DNA of 64,000 nt, taken from assembly GCF_006345805.1 (NCBI RefSeq), contig NC_043008.1, positions 34,038,001 through 34,102,000 of the forward strand, given 5' to 3'. This document shows positions 12,797 to 25,899 of this stretch, piece by piece (position 1 is the first letter of the stretch; the number at the start of each line of letters is the position of its first letter). The notes under the pieces were generated by a model. That model ran no database searches. It had not been told where the DNA came from and saw only the letters and a list, made by a program, of their open reading frames with translations. This DNA is from Octopus sinensis. Lineage: Eukaryota. Position numbers and translations under genes: made by a program.

Positions 12797-15282
12797 TAAA
12801 GACCGTCTAAAAACAACTTGGATGCATCCCCGGTCCAAACATTGGCATCTACTTGACTATGTTCTTGTACGCCAGCGGGACCTGAAAGACGTTTTACACA
12901 CAAGAGTGATGCCCAGTGCAGAGTGCCACACCGACCATCGCCTTGTCCATTGCAAGCTCAAACTGCAGTTCAAACCCAAACCCAAGAAGAAAGGTAACCC
13001 CATAAAGAAACTCAATGTCCACAGCTTGTTCCGGGAGGAAGTGAAAATCAAGTTCCAAGCAAACCTGCAGCAAAGATTAGATGAATCCCCCTGCACTGAT
13101 GACACCACACCAGACACCTTGTGGGAGAACCTGAAATCAGCCATTCTTAAGACATCTATGGAAGTTCTCGGGCACACAAAGAAGAAAATCAAGGACTGGT
13201 TTGATGAAAATGACAAGGAGATCCAGGAATTACTAGCAAGGAAGAGGGCTACCTGGCGTGGAGAACCCAGCTGTGCGCTGACCTCGGAGACTATAGAGGC
13301 TTCTATGAGGCTCTGAAAGCAGTGTATGGCCCCACCCACCTGGCCCAGAGTCCCCTACGCAGTTCAGATGGACAAGACCTCCTCACCGATAACAGCTCCA
13401 TCTTCGCTAGCTGGTCCGAGCACTTCCAAAGCCTTCACATTCCTCAACTTCCACTCAAAGAGGAGCTCAACGAACCACCCACCCTCGAAGAAACGATTGA
13501 AGCCATAGGACAACTCAAGAGTGCAAAGCAGCAGGAGTTGACGGCATCCCACCAGAAATCTGGAAAAATGGAGGTCCGATGCTCCATGACAAGCTCCATG
13601 ATTTTCTTGTCTGCTGCTGGGAGCAGAGCAAGCTGTCACAGGATGTTTTTGATGTCGTCATCATAACCCTGTACAAGAACAAGGGTGAAAAGTCTGACTG
13701 CTCCAACTACCGGGGAATCACCCTACTCTCCATCGCCGGCAAAGTACTTGCCAGGATCTTGCTCAACAGGCTAGTACCAACCATCACTGAAGAAAACCTC
13801 CCCGAGAGGCAGTGTGGCTTGAGAGCCAACAGAGGCACCACGGATATGGTGTTCGTCCTCCGCCAACTCCAGGAGAAGTGCCAAGAACAAAACAGGGGAC
13901 TCTATGCTACTTTCATCGACCTTACAAAAGCATTTGACACAGTGAGCAGGACAGGACTATGGCTCATCCTGGAACGACTTGGCTGTCCCACCAAGTTTCT
14001 ACAGATGGTGATCCAGCTGCATGAGAATCAGCGTGGTCAGATCAGACTCAATGCTGACCTGTCAGAGCCCTTCCTCATTTCCAACGGCGTGAAGCAGGGT
14101 TGTGTCCTGGCACCGACTCTCTTCAGCATCTTCTTCAGCATGATGATCAAGCATGCAACTGAAGATATGTAGGATGAGGATGGGGTGTATGTTAGGTATC
14201 GTCTGGATGGCAGTCTCTTCAATCTACGGCGCCTCCAATCCCACACCAAGACCCAGAAGAGGGTGATCCGAGACCTTCTCTTCGCAGACGACGCTGTCCT
14301 TGTCACCCACACAGAGCGAGCTCTGCAGCGCATCACGTCCTGCTTTGCAGACGCCTCGCGGCTCTTTGGCCTGGAGGTCAGCCTCAAGAAGACGGAGGCA
14401 CTTCACGAACCTACACCCCAAGAGGAATACCGCCCACCCCACGTCACTATCTGCAGTACTGAACTGAAATCAATAGAGCAGTTTACATACCTGGGCTGCA
14501 TCATCTCATCCGATGCAAGGATTGACAGGGAAATTGACAATAGACTTTCTAAGGCAAATAGCTCCTTTGGCAGATTCTACAATCGTGTTTGGCACAATGG
14601 TGGCCTGAAGAACAAAACAAAGATCAGTGTCTACAGGGCCGTGGTTCTCACCACTCTTCTCTACGGCTCAGAGACCTGGATCACTTACCGCAGTCACATC
14701 TGTCTCCTTGAGTGCTTCCACCAGCGATGTCTCCGCACCATCCTCAACATTCACTGGAGTGACTTCGTCACAAACATTGAAGTCTTGGAGTGGTCCGAGA
14801 TACCCAGCACTGAAGCCATGCTACTAATGTACCACCTCCGATGGGCAGGGCATGTCTCCAGAATGGAGGACCATCACCTTCCAAAGATTGCCCTGTTTGG
14901 TGAACTCTCCACCGGCCACCAACCGAGAGGAGCTCCGAGGAAGCACTACAAAGACTGCCTCAAGAAGTCTCTAACAGCATGTCAAATTAACCCCCAATGC
15001 TGGTCAGACCTGGCTGCGGACCATGATGTCTGGCGCCACATGATCTTCAACGCAGTCAGCAAGTTTGAGGAACAAAGAAGAGATGCACTTAAAGACAAGA
15101 GACGCAGGAGGAAGGCGTGAGCTGCATCTGACACCACACTGGATATTACCTTCATCTGTGGACACTGTTCAAGGACCTGCCTTTCCCATATCAGACTTGT
15201 CAGTCATGAGCATGCATGCATGCGACATGGACAGCCTTTCTGATCTTCGTTCGCAAAGCCAAGCCATGAGATGAGATGAGAT
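12797..15282 (+). mobile_element. 5'-truncated RTE-BovB-like LINE (end of APE domain, RT, C-terminal zinc finger), frameshifted
   Basis: TTWMHPRSKHWHLLDY..TDHRL, NYRGITLLS, FIDLTKAFD, GVKQGCVLAP, LLFADD; C..C..H..H-type finger after the stop at 15118-15120; (ATGAG)n tail. Confidence 0.92.
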
Positions 15283-15584
15283 GTGTGTGTGTGGATGTGT
15301 GTATATGTGTGTGAGTGTGAGAGGCTGTGTATAACAACGTGTGTGTGTGTCTGTATTTGTCCCCATCACCACTTGATAACACATGTTGGTGTGTTTATGT
15401 CCCCATACCTTACCAATTCAGCAGAAGAAACTTATAAAGTAAGTAATAGGCTTAAAAAGCAAAAAAATACTGGAGTTCATTCCTTTGACCAAAATTCTCC
15501 AAAGAAGTGCCCCAGTATGGCTGCAGTTTAAAGACTGAAACAAGTAACATATGAAAGATAAAAATTCTGTTTAAATATCTAGAT

Positions 15585-15848
15585 CAGAAGTTCTCAAACT
15601 TTGTGGGCCACTGCCCCACCTCATGGCCACATAATACCCTCAGCATCCCCACCCCTATTTTTACGTAAAAATAAAAACTTTATATATTAAGAATCATTTG
15701 ATATTTAATATTATTATAAGAGTCCCCCAATCCACTGCCTTTCTCCCAATGCCTCCTTTTCCTCTACCACACCCTCAGATACCAGCGCCTACCTGGACCC
15801 TCTCAATGCCAACCTGTTGGGTGGTAGCACCCACTTTGAGAACCTATG
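15585..15848. mobile_element. hAT/Charlie-type MITE
   Basis: TIRs cagaagttctcaaac / tttgagaacctatg; exact 8-bp TSD ATCTAGAT at 15577-15584 and 15849-15856. Confidence 0.85.
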
Positions 15849-16161
15849 ATCTAGATCATTAGCATAATACTACAGGTAAAAACAACCATTGACATGAAAG
15901 ATACAACTAATATTCAGAAAATCTTTGAAATAATATTGATTTTTAATTTTGATTTCTAATATTGGCACAAGGCCAGCAATTTTGGTGGAGAGTATATGTC
16001 CATTTCATTCAACCCAATATTCAACTAGTGCTTATTTTGTTGACCCTGAAAGAATGAATGGCAAAGTTGACCTTGGCAGTCATTTGAATAGTATCAATTT
16101 TTCATCAAATTAATTTAAGTTTTTTTTCCAATTTCTGACACTAATTATAATAATTCTTCAG

Positions 16162-16233
16162 GCTCTGTGGATTGGAATAAAAGTTACAAAAGCGCAAAAG
16201 ATCTACAAATACAGAACAATACAACGTCAAAAG
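16162..16233 (+). CDS. Stalk exon copy 1, (S)SVDWNKSYKSAKDLQIQNNTTSK
   Basis: ttcttcAG acceptor, GTATGT donor, 72 nt, open in phase 1-1; lies in copy 1 of a triplicated unit. Confidence 0.65.
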
Positions 16234-17552
16234 GTATGTTTCAAAATAATATATATATTAAGCATATTTGTAGTGTGCTACCAAATCAGATATTTATTTG
16301 TTTAAATTTGTGCCATTATCTATTTCAATCTTAGTAAAATATTAATAAACATATGGAGACAGCAAATTCAGGAAATTACACTTCCATTGTTTTTCGAAAA
16401 TTGCAGTTACTATCAATTGGTTACAACTCCTGACCGATGTGTCATCATTTTTTTCTCATGAGTTAGAATTTGGGCTCAAAATGTACAATGCTGGAACAGC
16501 TACATCAAGGCAGCCTATCCTATTCTCGAATAATTCTGCCAAACTCCTAATTGAGACTTGTAACATTCTTTTATGAACCCCAAACAAATGAGAGTCAAGA
16601 CTGATTCCAATGGGATTTGAATTCAAAGAGCAAAGATTTGCAACAAATACTAGAAAGCTTCAGACTAGTACCCTGTTGAATCTGACAGTTCAGTATGTAA
16701 TAAGCACTCCATTTGTCTCTATCTGGTTGAGGCAATTAAGAAATTTCCTTTCCATGCAGGTCGATTAATCTACTGGTAGCAGTAATAAAATAATCAATTT
16801 GTATCAAATTCATTTTATGCAATTATCAATCATGTTTTATATATCAGAGACATGTCCATCATTGCAAGTGATCAAGATAATGTGACCTGCCAACCTCAAA
16901 ACACGGTATTTGTATTGGGAATCATGTGTTGGAATATCTACAGATGGGGTACCTCTACAGTAGGCCCTATTAAATGTTTCATATCGCATAAAAGCAAAAT
17001 CCAAATTTTGTATATCATTCAAGTGTTGTCGTTGCCAGTGCCGCCAGACTGGCTCCCATGCAGGTAACACATAAAAAACACCTATTGAGTGTGGTCATTG
17101 CCAGAACTGAGTGTTGTCATTGCCCCTGTGTCAGTGGCACGTAAAAGCACTTACTACACTCTTGGAGTGGTTGGCATTAGGAAGGGCATCCAGCTGTAGA
17201 AACTTTGCCAGATCAGATTGAGCCTGGAGCAGCCTTCTGGCTCACCAGTCCTTAGTCAAACCATCCAACCCATGCCAGCATGGAAAGCGGACGTTAAACG
17301 ACAATGACAATCTATTGCTTTTTACATAGAGAGGGACTAGTTTTAAAAACATTACGAGTTAAAGCAAGTTTTAAACAAAATCCAAAAACGAAATTAAACC
17401 AAACAGTTAAATTTATACTACACTTAATTACAGCCATTGATATGAAAGACAAGATTTAATATTCTGAAAATCTTTGGACATATATTAATTTTTCCTGTAA
17501 TGAATTTAAGTTTTTCTCCAGTTTCTGAAAGTAATTATCTACAATCTTTTAG

Positions 17553-17627
17553 GCTCTATGGATAGGAATTATCCAAGTGCCACCAGCACAATGGATTCAC
17601 AAATACAGAATGAACTAAAGCCAAATA
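17553..17627 (+). CDS. Stalk exon copy 2, (G)SMDRNYPSATSTMDSQIQNELKPN
   Basis: tcttttAG acceptor, GTATGT donor, 75 nt; open in phase 1-1, stop in phase 0. Confidence 0.65.
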
Positions 17628-20223
17628 GTATGTATTAAAATAATATATGTTTTAGGCATATTTGCAGTATGCTTCTGAATTGAATGTTGTTTATTTTTTT
17701 AAAATCTTGTGCCATCATCTACTTCAATTTTAGCAACATATTGATAAACATATGGCAACATCAAATTCAGGAAATTACATTTCTATTGTTTTCCCAAAAT
17801 TGCAGTTACTATCTATTGGCAACAAATCCTGACAAAAGTGTCACCATTTTTCTGTGATGAGGCAGAAATTGAGTGCATGGGACATCCCATTCTATTCTCT
17901 AACAATTCTCCCAATCAACTACTCCAGATTAGTAACTTTCTTATATTCACCCCAAACAGATAAAAATTAAGGTCAAGTTTGATCTCAATAGGATTTAAAT
18001 TCAAAGAGCAGAGAATTAGAACAAATACTGCCAAGCTTTCAGTCTGGTACCCTATTAAATCTGACACTTCAGTGTGTAATACGTACACTGAGCTGCTTAA
18101 TAAGTTTCCATTCCATGTAAGCTGATGAAGGTGTTTTTAACATTTTAAAATGGAATAGTATTGGTAATCATGGTATTTGTATTGGTAAAACATGGAATTT
18201 GTATTGGTAATCATGTGTTGGAATATCTACACAAGGGGTATCTCTACAGTAGGATCCATTAAACATTTCATACCACTTGCATAAAAGCAAAATCCAAATT
18301 TTGTGTACATCCATTGCTTTTTACATAGAGAGGTACTAGCTTTAGAAGCATTACAAATTGAGTTAATATAAGTATTAAACCAAACAGTGAAAATTATCAG
18401 TTATAATTGGTGTCCAATTTTGGCACAATCCAGCAATTTCAAGGGAAGGACTAAATTGATTTGAACAACCTAAGGGCTCAACTGGTACTTATTTTATTAA
18501 TCCTAAAACAATGAAAGTCAAAGTTAACCTTGCCACCATTTGAACTCAAATGTGAATATGAGTGAAATACTTCAAAGCACTTTGTCCAGGGTCATAATGA
18601 TTATACTGGTTCACCACACTTTATTAAAAGTACAGCATTAAAGTCACAAATGTTTAAGCAAATCTCCCTTAAAATTCATGTTAAGGGAGGTTACTTTTAC
18701 AGACAGAAGTCAGATTGCTTTTAAAAGGTAAGGTGCTAATCCACAGAATTAAAATGCAGAAAAAATTACTTGCGTTTTTAAAGAAAAATGTATGAAAGAT
18801 TTAGTGAATATCTTTGATGAGAATGCATTAGTAAGTTAGACAAAAATATAAGCTCAACTAAATATTGGAAACACAATCATTCAAGGTAGAAATGAAAATA
18901 TTTTCAATAATTTTAATTGCAGTTGATTATTTTGGTAAGCTGTAAGTAAAAATTGATTTCTATTTTCCATACCTGATTGGATAATGGTATGATATGGTTA
19001 GACCTTCTTTCATACATATTCCATCTGATACTGGTTTGAAATTAGGTGAAAATTAAAATAAAGTACATTTGGAATCATTTGGGATTGCTGTTCAGATTTG
19101 TTGCAAGTTTTTATTTCATAATTAAGTGAATTGTGATTTTCAACTTTCAATAACACTAAAAATCTGAGATCAAAGAGAATTAGTTGCATTGAAGATTGAA
19201 TGAATATCTCATTATAACAAATAAATCCAAACAAAAACATTGAAAACAGCAAAAAGTTACCTAATATGTGTTCTGCCTCTGACAGATTGCTTCAGTTGTT
19301 GAATAAAGAAAGGTAAGTACATGCAAATATACATCAGAGCCTTTATACCTTGCTGTTAATCATAAATGCTTCTTTTGGATATAATTACTTTATTTATGCA
19401 CAACATGTAGCACAGTTTATATTTAAATGTTGTTAAGTGTGCTACATGTAGGAAGTTTTGGGAAGTGCTACATTAAGTCTGCTTCAGTCCATTCAGCCGT
19501 AAAGAAGTGCCAGTAGCAAGTGGGATCAGTTAACCTTGCAATGGACTGGCAACATATTAAAGGAAGAGTTTTCTACTTTCACTCACATGAACTTTATGGA
19601 AATAAGGATCAATTTAGGCCTAATGGGCTTGTGAGATTGAGAAGAATAAAAGTTCATATCACTTGACAACTTGCATTATGACCTTAAATTTTATTCAGTT
19701 TGTTGAGATTTGTGAAGAAATGTACAAAATTTTTCTGTAATCTAGGAGAATGATGCTCTTTTCTTTACTGTCCACAAGGGGCTACACACAGAGGGGACAA
19801 ACAAGGACAGACAAAGGATTTAAGTCGATTATATCGACCTCAGTGCATAACTGGTACTTCTTTAATCAACCCCAAAAGGATGAAAGGCAAAGTCAACCTC
19901 AGCGGAATTTGAATCAGAACATAGCGGCAGACAAAATACCGCTAAGCATTTCACCTGGCATGCTAACGATTCTGCCAGCTCACATACTCTAAATAATATC
20001 AATCATTTCATTAAGATGATATTGATCTTAGACTGGAATACAAATTTTATTCCCAGGAATAACTCTGTTTTAATATCTACATTAGGGGTATAATACTACA
20101 GTTAATAACAGCCATTGATTTGAAAGGTAAGATTAATATTCAGAAAATCTTTGGACTAATATTAATTTTTCATCAAATGAATTGAAGTTTTTTCTCTAAT
20201 TTCTGACACTTATTATCTTTTAG

Positions 20224-20280
20224 GTTCTGTGGGTCAGAATTATCAGAATAAGACCAACTCAAAGTTTTCACAGCCAATGA
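20224..20280 (+). CDS. Stalk exon copy 3, (S)SVGQNYQNKTNSKFSQPM
   Basis: tcttttAG acceptor, GTACGT donor, 57 nt, open in phase 1-1. Confidence 0.6.
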   Translation, partial: VLWVRIIRIRPTQSFHSQ

Positions 20281-22182
20281 GTACGTATCAGAATAATATA
20301 TGCTTTAAACATATTTGTAGTGTGCTACTGAATCAAATGTTATTCATTTCTGTAATCTCGTATCACCATCTACTTCAGTCTTAGCAAAATATTAATAAAC
20401 AAATGGTAACAACAAATTCAGGAAATTGCATTTCCGTTGTTTTTCCCAAAATTGCAGTTACTATCTATTGGTCACAGATCCTGACCAAAGTATCACCATT
20501 TTTCTGTGATGAGGTACAAATTGAGTGTAGAATGCACAGTGCTGCAACAGATACATCAAGACAGAACATCCAATTCTGAAAAAATTATGCCATCTCCTAA
20601 TCTAGACTAGTAATTTTCTCTTATCAGCCCCAAACAAATGAAAAGTAAGGTTAATCTCAATGAATAAAACATCAAAAAAAGCAAATGTTATGTAGCAATA
20701 TCACATGTATTCTAGAAACGTTTCTGCTATCTAATTCAGTCTTAGAAAAGAATTAAAGGCATCCCAACTCTCTCTGTCTGTTTCTCCCCCCACCTCCCTC
20801 TCACAATTGCTATCTGCCCACTCTTCTTGATCTTCTCACTCCAGAGCCCAACCTGACACCTTGTTACCACTGTTTTTATCTCTTTTTCTAGATCCACCTT
20901 AATTACTTTCACCCACTCTTCTACGATCCTTTCTACCAAAGTCACAGAGCCTGAAATTTTAGGGGTTGGAACAAATCTATTACATCAGCCCTCAATGCTT
21001 AACTAGTACTTATTTCATTGACCCTTGAAAAGTAAGTCTGCTTCTGCTAAATTTGAACTCAGATCATAAAAACAACCAAAATACCACTAAGCAATTATGT
21101 TTTGCTTACCACCTTCTAACTCTTGTATAATGTGAACAGATTTGTATCTCCTTAACAACAAGAGACCTGTTCCAATTCCCTCTGTTGTACTCAAATGTTT
21201 CCTTACTTAGTATAGAACTGCCTCATTTTCTACTGTAGTTCCATTCAGCCTATGAAGATCATAGTCTTGTAGTCCACATGGCAAATGCAAGGACTCTGGT
21301 GCAATGAAAAAGCATCCAGTGCACTTTGGAAAGTGGTTGACACTAACAAGGACATCCAGACACAGAAACCATGCAAAAGCTGACACTGAAGCAGAAAGTG
21401 GTCCTCTGATACATCAGATTCTCTCAAACTATCCAACCCTTGCCAGCATGGAAGATTGATGTTAAAAGATGATGATGATGATAATGATGAAATCTCTGTG
21501 TGTGTGCGTGCACGTGCAGTGTGTAGCGTGCAGCGTGTGTGTGTATGCATGTATGTGCATGTGCATGTATGCATGTGTTTATGTGTTCACGTGCATGTGT
21601 GCATATTTTCTACTAGCTTATTAAATCCTTTTAATATCAATTAGATAATATTGTACAACTGGGGTACTACAGATGGTTCACCTCACTTAGCAACCAGTAG
21701 GAATAATATATAAATAAACTAACGTCATGGCTTTAAATCTTATCGTGCCAATGGCAACTTTGAAGAAAAATACTAGATTTGTCAAGATTTTACGAGAGTA
21801 GAACTCCAAAGAATATTAATTAATCAATTTTTAATACCTTATTTATCTTAGATTCTTTTATAATCTAGGCACATGGCCTGAAGTTTTGGGGAGGGGGCCG
21901 GTCGATTAGATCGACCCCAGTACATAATTGGTACTTAATTTATTGAGCCCGAAAGGATAAAAGCAAAATCGACCTTGGTGGAATTTGAACTCAGAATGTA
22001 AAGAAAGACGAAATACTGCTAAGCATTTTGCCTGGTGTGCTAACGTTTCTGCCAGCTCGCCACCTTCTTATTTATCTAAGATTGAAATATGAATTTTATT
22101 TCCAGTCATAACTCTATTTGAATATCTAATCCAGCAGAATAATACTATCATTTGCTTGAGGCTTAGAAAACAATAAATAAGC

Positions 22183-22213
<31 letters not shown>

Positions 22214-22660
22214 TGTATGTATGTATGTATGTATGTATGCTTGTAAGGATGGATGGATGCATGCATGTATGTACATACAAAGTGCTGGAAAGTCTTCAAT
22301 GTTGCACTGAAGGCTATTACATCAAAGGCTTTACCAGTGATTCTGAAGTTAATATGCTCCAAATGCATAAACTCACGCACTCATAAAGCAGGTATACTCC
22401 AACACACATGCGCGCGTGTATGTGTACCACCACTTCGTTTCTCTTAAGATTCTCACCCACATCACCCATCGATGTGCCACAAACATTCTATCCAACTATG
22501 TGGTCCAAGAAATACGGAATTGAGGCTTCTAGTTGATGTATGTGATGTCACTAATTGTTCGGTACTTATGGCGAGAACACCATGTGACCCACCTTGACCA
22601 ATAAGAGCCCGATCTTCAGTAGTCATGTTGCATTTCTTCCATCTCTCCATTCGGTCGCCT

Positions 22661-22716
22661 AAACCTGAAGAGCTAGGTTCGTGTGAAGCGACTACGAAAC
22701 TTTAAGTTGTGTTGAG
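22661..22716 (+). ncRNA. Minimal type I hammerhead ribozyme-like motif in a Penelope-type repeat
   Basis: CTGAAGA 22665-22671, G22672-C22695 closing stem II, GAAA 22696-22699, palindromic stem III ACTTTAAGT, triplet GTT; stems I and II imperfect. Confidence 0.5.
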
Positions 22717-22899
22717 CTGAATCAGAGAGTTATTAAATACCAATATATGTACTCCTAGGAAACGTGTTGAGTAACTCTTTCTTACTTTTGTCCATTCAGT
22801 CGTATAAATATGAATGTGATAGGAGTGTGATTTAATAATAATATTATTAATAATAATAATAATGATAATAATGATAATAATAATAATAATAATAATAAT

Positions 22900-23626
22900 G
22901 ACCAAAGCCTCCCCACCAGAAATTACCAAAAACATGTAATGAAAAGAAATATTACAAGTAACTGCAGAATATGTGGAGATGGACAAGAAACAATAAATCA
23001 TATTATCTCTAGCTGCCCAGTCCTGGCTAAGAAGGAATATATTCACAGACATGACAGAGTTGGAACCTACATACATTGGAAGCTATGCCAACATTATGGA
23101 ATAACAACAGAAAAAAGATGGTATAGTCACACACCAGAAAAGGTCACAGAAAACGAGAAAGCAACCATACTCTGGGATATGCCGATACACACAGATAGAG
23201 AAATTAAGGCCAACAGACCAGATATAGTTGTCAGAGATCATGAAGAAAAAAAATGCTTTCTAATTGATGTATCAATACCGGCAGATGACAACGTGTCTCT
23301 AAAAGAAATGGAGAAACTCTCAAAATACAAAGACCTGGAAATAGAGGTAACTAGAATGTGGAACCTGAAAACAGAAACAATTCCTATCATAGTAGGTGCA
23401 TTAGGCATGATAAAAAAATATTCAGACAAATACATAACAAAAACACCAGGACTTACAAACACATATAACATACAGAAAATTGCACTACTAGGCACTGCGC
23501 ACATCCTACGCAGAACACTTTCCATACAATAACCATCAGAGCATCACAACAAATCACAGCACATACCCAAGGCACACAGAGCTGCGCTCGGTAGTGAAGT
23601 GAAAGCACGCTACAAAAATAAAACTA

Positions 23627-23629
<3 letters not shown>
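22900..23629 (+). mobile_element. Young 5'-truncated R4/Dong-like LINE inserted in (AAT)n
   Basis: Uninterrupted ORF 22900-23532 with CRIC..ETINHIISSC, RHD, NRPDIV, EKLSKYKDL; short 3' UTR; (AAT)n on both sides. Confidence 0.92.
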
Positions 23630-23689
<60 letters not shown>

Positions 23690-23691
<2 letters not shown>

Positions 23692-23880
23692 AATTATTGT
23701 ATACAGTGCTCAGGTGCACCACAACTTGTCAAAACTGCGTATAAAGCATGTACCTTAATGTACAAATGCCTGGGAAGTTAGGTACATGCTTGCGTGTGTA
23801 TGGAGTGGAGAAAATCAGGTGTGGTGTTGGCTAATCTCAGGAAGCATGGAAGTTTTGAAGGATGCAGTGAAGGAGTAGTA
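23690..23880 (-). mobile_element. Possible CR1/L2-type LINE 3' end whose (ATT)n tail forms the tract hit by the Dong element
   Basis: SFKTSMLPEI-like remnant on the - strand followed by the tail tract. Confidence 0.35.
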
Positions 23881-24832
23881 TACATATAAACACTGTTAAT
23901 TTATCCATATTTCGGAGACTGAAAAAGAATGACAAACAGCTTTAATCCATTTTCGAACCTTATTGGATTCTCATCAGAAGTGTCTACATCACTTGACCAA
24001 TCCCAGAGAAATGAATAGACAATCTGTTTTTATACACAACAGATCTAGTAGCTTCAGAGAACTGGAGCTATTCATTTGTAAGCTGTAGGTATTTAACACT
24101 TTATTTGACACCAATAGATTGTCAATGGAGATTCGTACAAATATATGATGAGCTATTTTCAGGTTCTCTCTACCAAATCCACACACAATGCTTTTGTCAA
24201 TTTGGGGTTATAACAGAAGACACTTGTCCAATTTGCTGTGCAGTGGGATGGAACATAAGCCCACATGTTTTGGAAGTAAGCTTCACAACCACGGAGTCAC
24301 ACCAGTGCCTCAACAATATTATTGAGTAGTTTTAAATATGGATGCAAACGTGGTTGTGCAATAGGAAATTTACTTCCCTGGCACACACATGGCTCCTAGT
24401 TCAATCCTACAGCTTGATACCTAAGGAAAGTGCTTTTTGCTATAGCCCCAGAGCAACCAAAGCTTTGTGAGTAGATTTAACAGACAAAATCTCAAAGAAG
24501 CTTATCCTATATGTATGTGTGTGTGTCTTTGCATTTGTGTTTGTGTGTCTTTACGTTTGTGTTTGCTCTACCACCACTACTCGGCCACCAGTGTTGGTTT
24601 GTTCACATTCCTGTAATGTAGCAGTTTGGCAAAAGAGATTGATTTAATAAGTACCAGGTTTTAAACAATAAGTACTGGAGTCGATTCGTTCAACTAAAAT
24701 CCTTCGAGGTGGTGCCCCAACATGGCCGTAGTTCAATGACTGAAAGAAGTGAAAGATAAAATGTATATAAACAGTATTATTACAATCAGTCAATCTATGT
24801 AATAAACATTATCTTATGGTGTTTCGTTTCAG

Positions 24833-25089
24833 ATTACTGCTGGAGAATCACATTTCATATTTCAAACAGTTTTGGGGCTGGAACCTCAAATTATATCACT
24901 GTTCAATTAATCAATGATGAAACACATGTTTTCTCAAATACGTTATCTTGTGCAGATAAATGTGGAATGGGATCTCGACCAAGCTTTGATTTTCACACTC
25001 CACAAATTGATCCAGTAAAAGAATTAAAATTAAATGAAACAGTAAAAAATATCTTTAGGGAAATAGTATCTGCTTGGACATTGGAAAGT
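24833..25089 (+). CDS. PLAT/LH2-like domain, N-terminal exon (YCWRITFHISNSFGAGTSNYITVQL...SAWTLES)
   Basis: gtttcgtttcAG acceptor, GTAAGT donor, 257 nt with no stop, phase 1-0; the GAGT motif, alternating hydrophobic strand and W-x-L-E strand match the PLAT pattern (recognised by eye). Confidence 0.8.
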
Positions 25090-25583
25090 GTAAGTATTTG
25101 GATAGAATTCTCATTTTTAATCTGTGTGTTTGTGTGTACATATTAGTGTGGCTGTGTGTGTGCATGTGTGTGCGTAATGCGCGTGTGTGTGTGTGAATGT
25201 GCGTGATTTTGCTGCATTATCATGTTACTTAAAAGTTCCCGTTTTCAATTCAGGTAATAACATATTAGTATCGAGATCTTTGACTACTTTCTTACGTTAC
25301 TTTCAATCCAGGTAATGAAACAGGTACATAAATATAAGGATATAAAGATATCTCCTTTTAATGTGGAACACAGTCATCTCTCTCTCCCTCCCATTCACTC
25401 TTTCTTTTTCTCTCATTCTCTCTCTCTCTCAAACACACACTAATACACATACATATACATACAAACACATGCATACACACACACACACACTCATACATAG
25501 ATAGACAGATATACATACATACACTCATACATACATACACACATACATACATACACACACACATACAGACATACAGTCATACA

Positions 25584-25614
<31 letters not shown>

Positions 25615-25899
25615 GTATACATACATCACTACACATTGCTATGGTACCAGCTGCTACAGTGAATGCCACTGAAAGACTGACCACAATATGCTCCACACAG
25701 TTATCACTAACAACCGCTAAAGCAACCCCTGGTGTTACAGAGTTAAGCTATCAACAGACATATTCCAGTGTGATATTTTTTTTCATCTGTAATACTGTTT
25801 GTATTGGCAGTGAATCCCTTGTTGGCCCTGTTCACAGAATGCGAAGGCTACATGTTGGGATATGCAGGAAAGAAAAAAGTTAATGTCATCCACACATTG

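Larger units (their letters stand above)
15860..20660 (+). repeat. Diverged tandem triplication of an intron-exon-intron unit of about 1 kb (copies near 15860-17400, 17420-18400, 20085-20660)
   Basis: Shared blocks such as aatattcagaaaatctttg, caaattcaggaaatt and aattgcagttactatc recur in the same order around each stalk exon. Confidence 0.85.

Noticed and set aside
19286-19312. 27-nt AG..GTAAGT segment
   Set aside because: Stop codon in the phase-1 frame needed by the gene; open only in phase 2
23960-24330. Possible old RLE zinc-knuckle fragment (DTCPICC..HVL)
   Set aside because: Too decayed to assign without an alignment
25254-25323. Two AG acceptors just after the first PLAT exon (VITY* or VMKQ...)
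   Set aside because: The first stops at once and the second runs into microsatellite; exon 32091 has a much stronger acceptor and completes the domain
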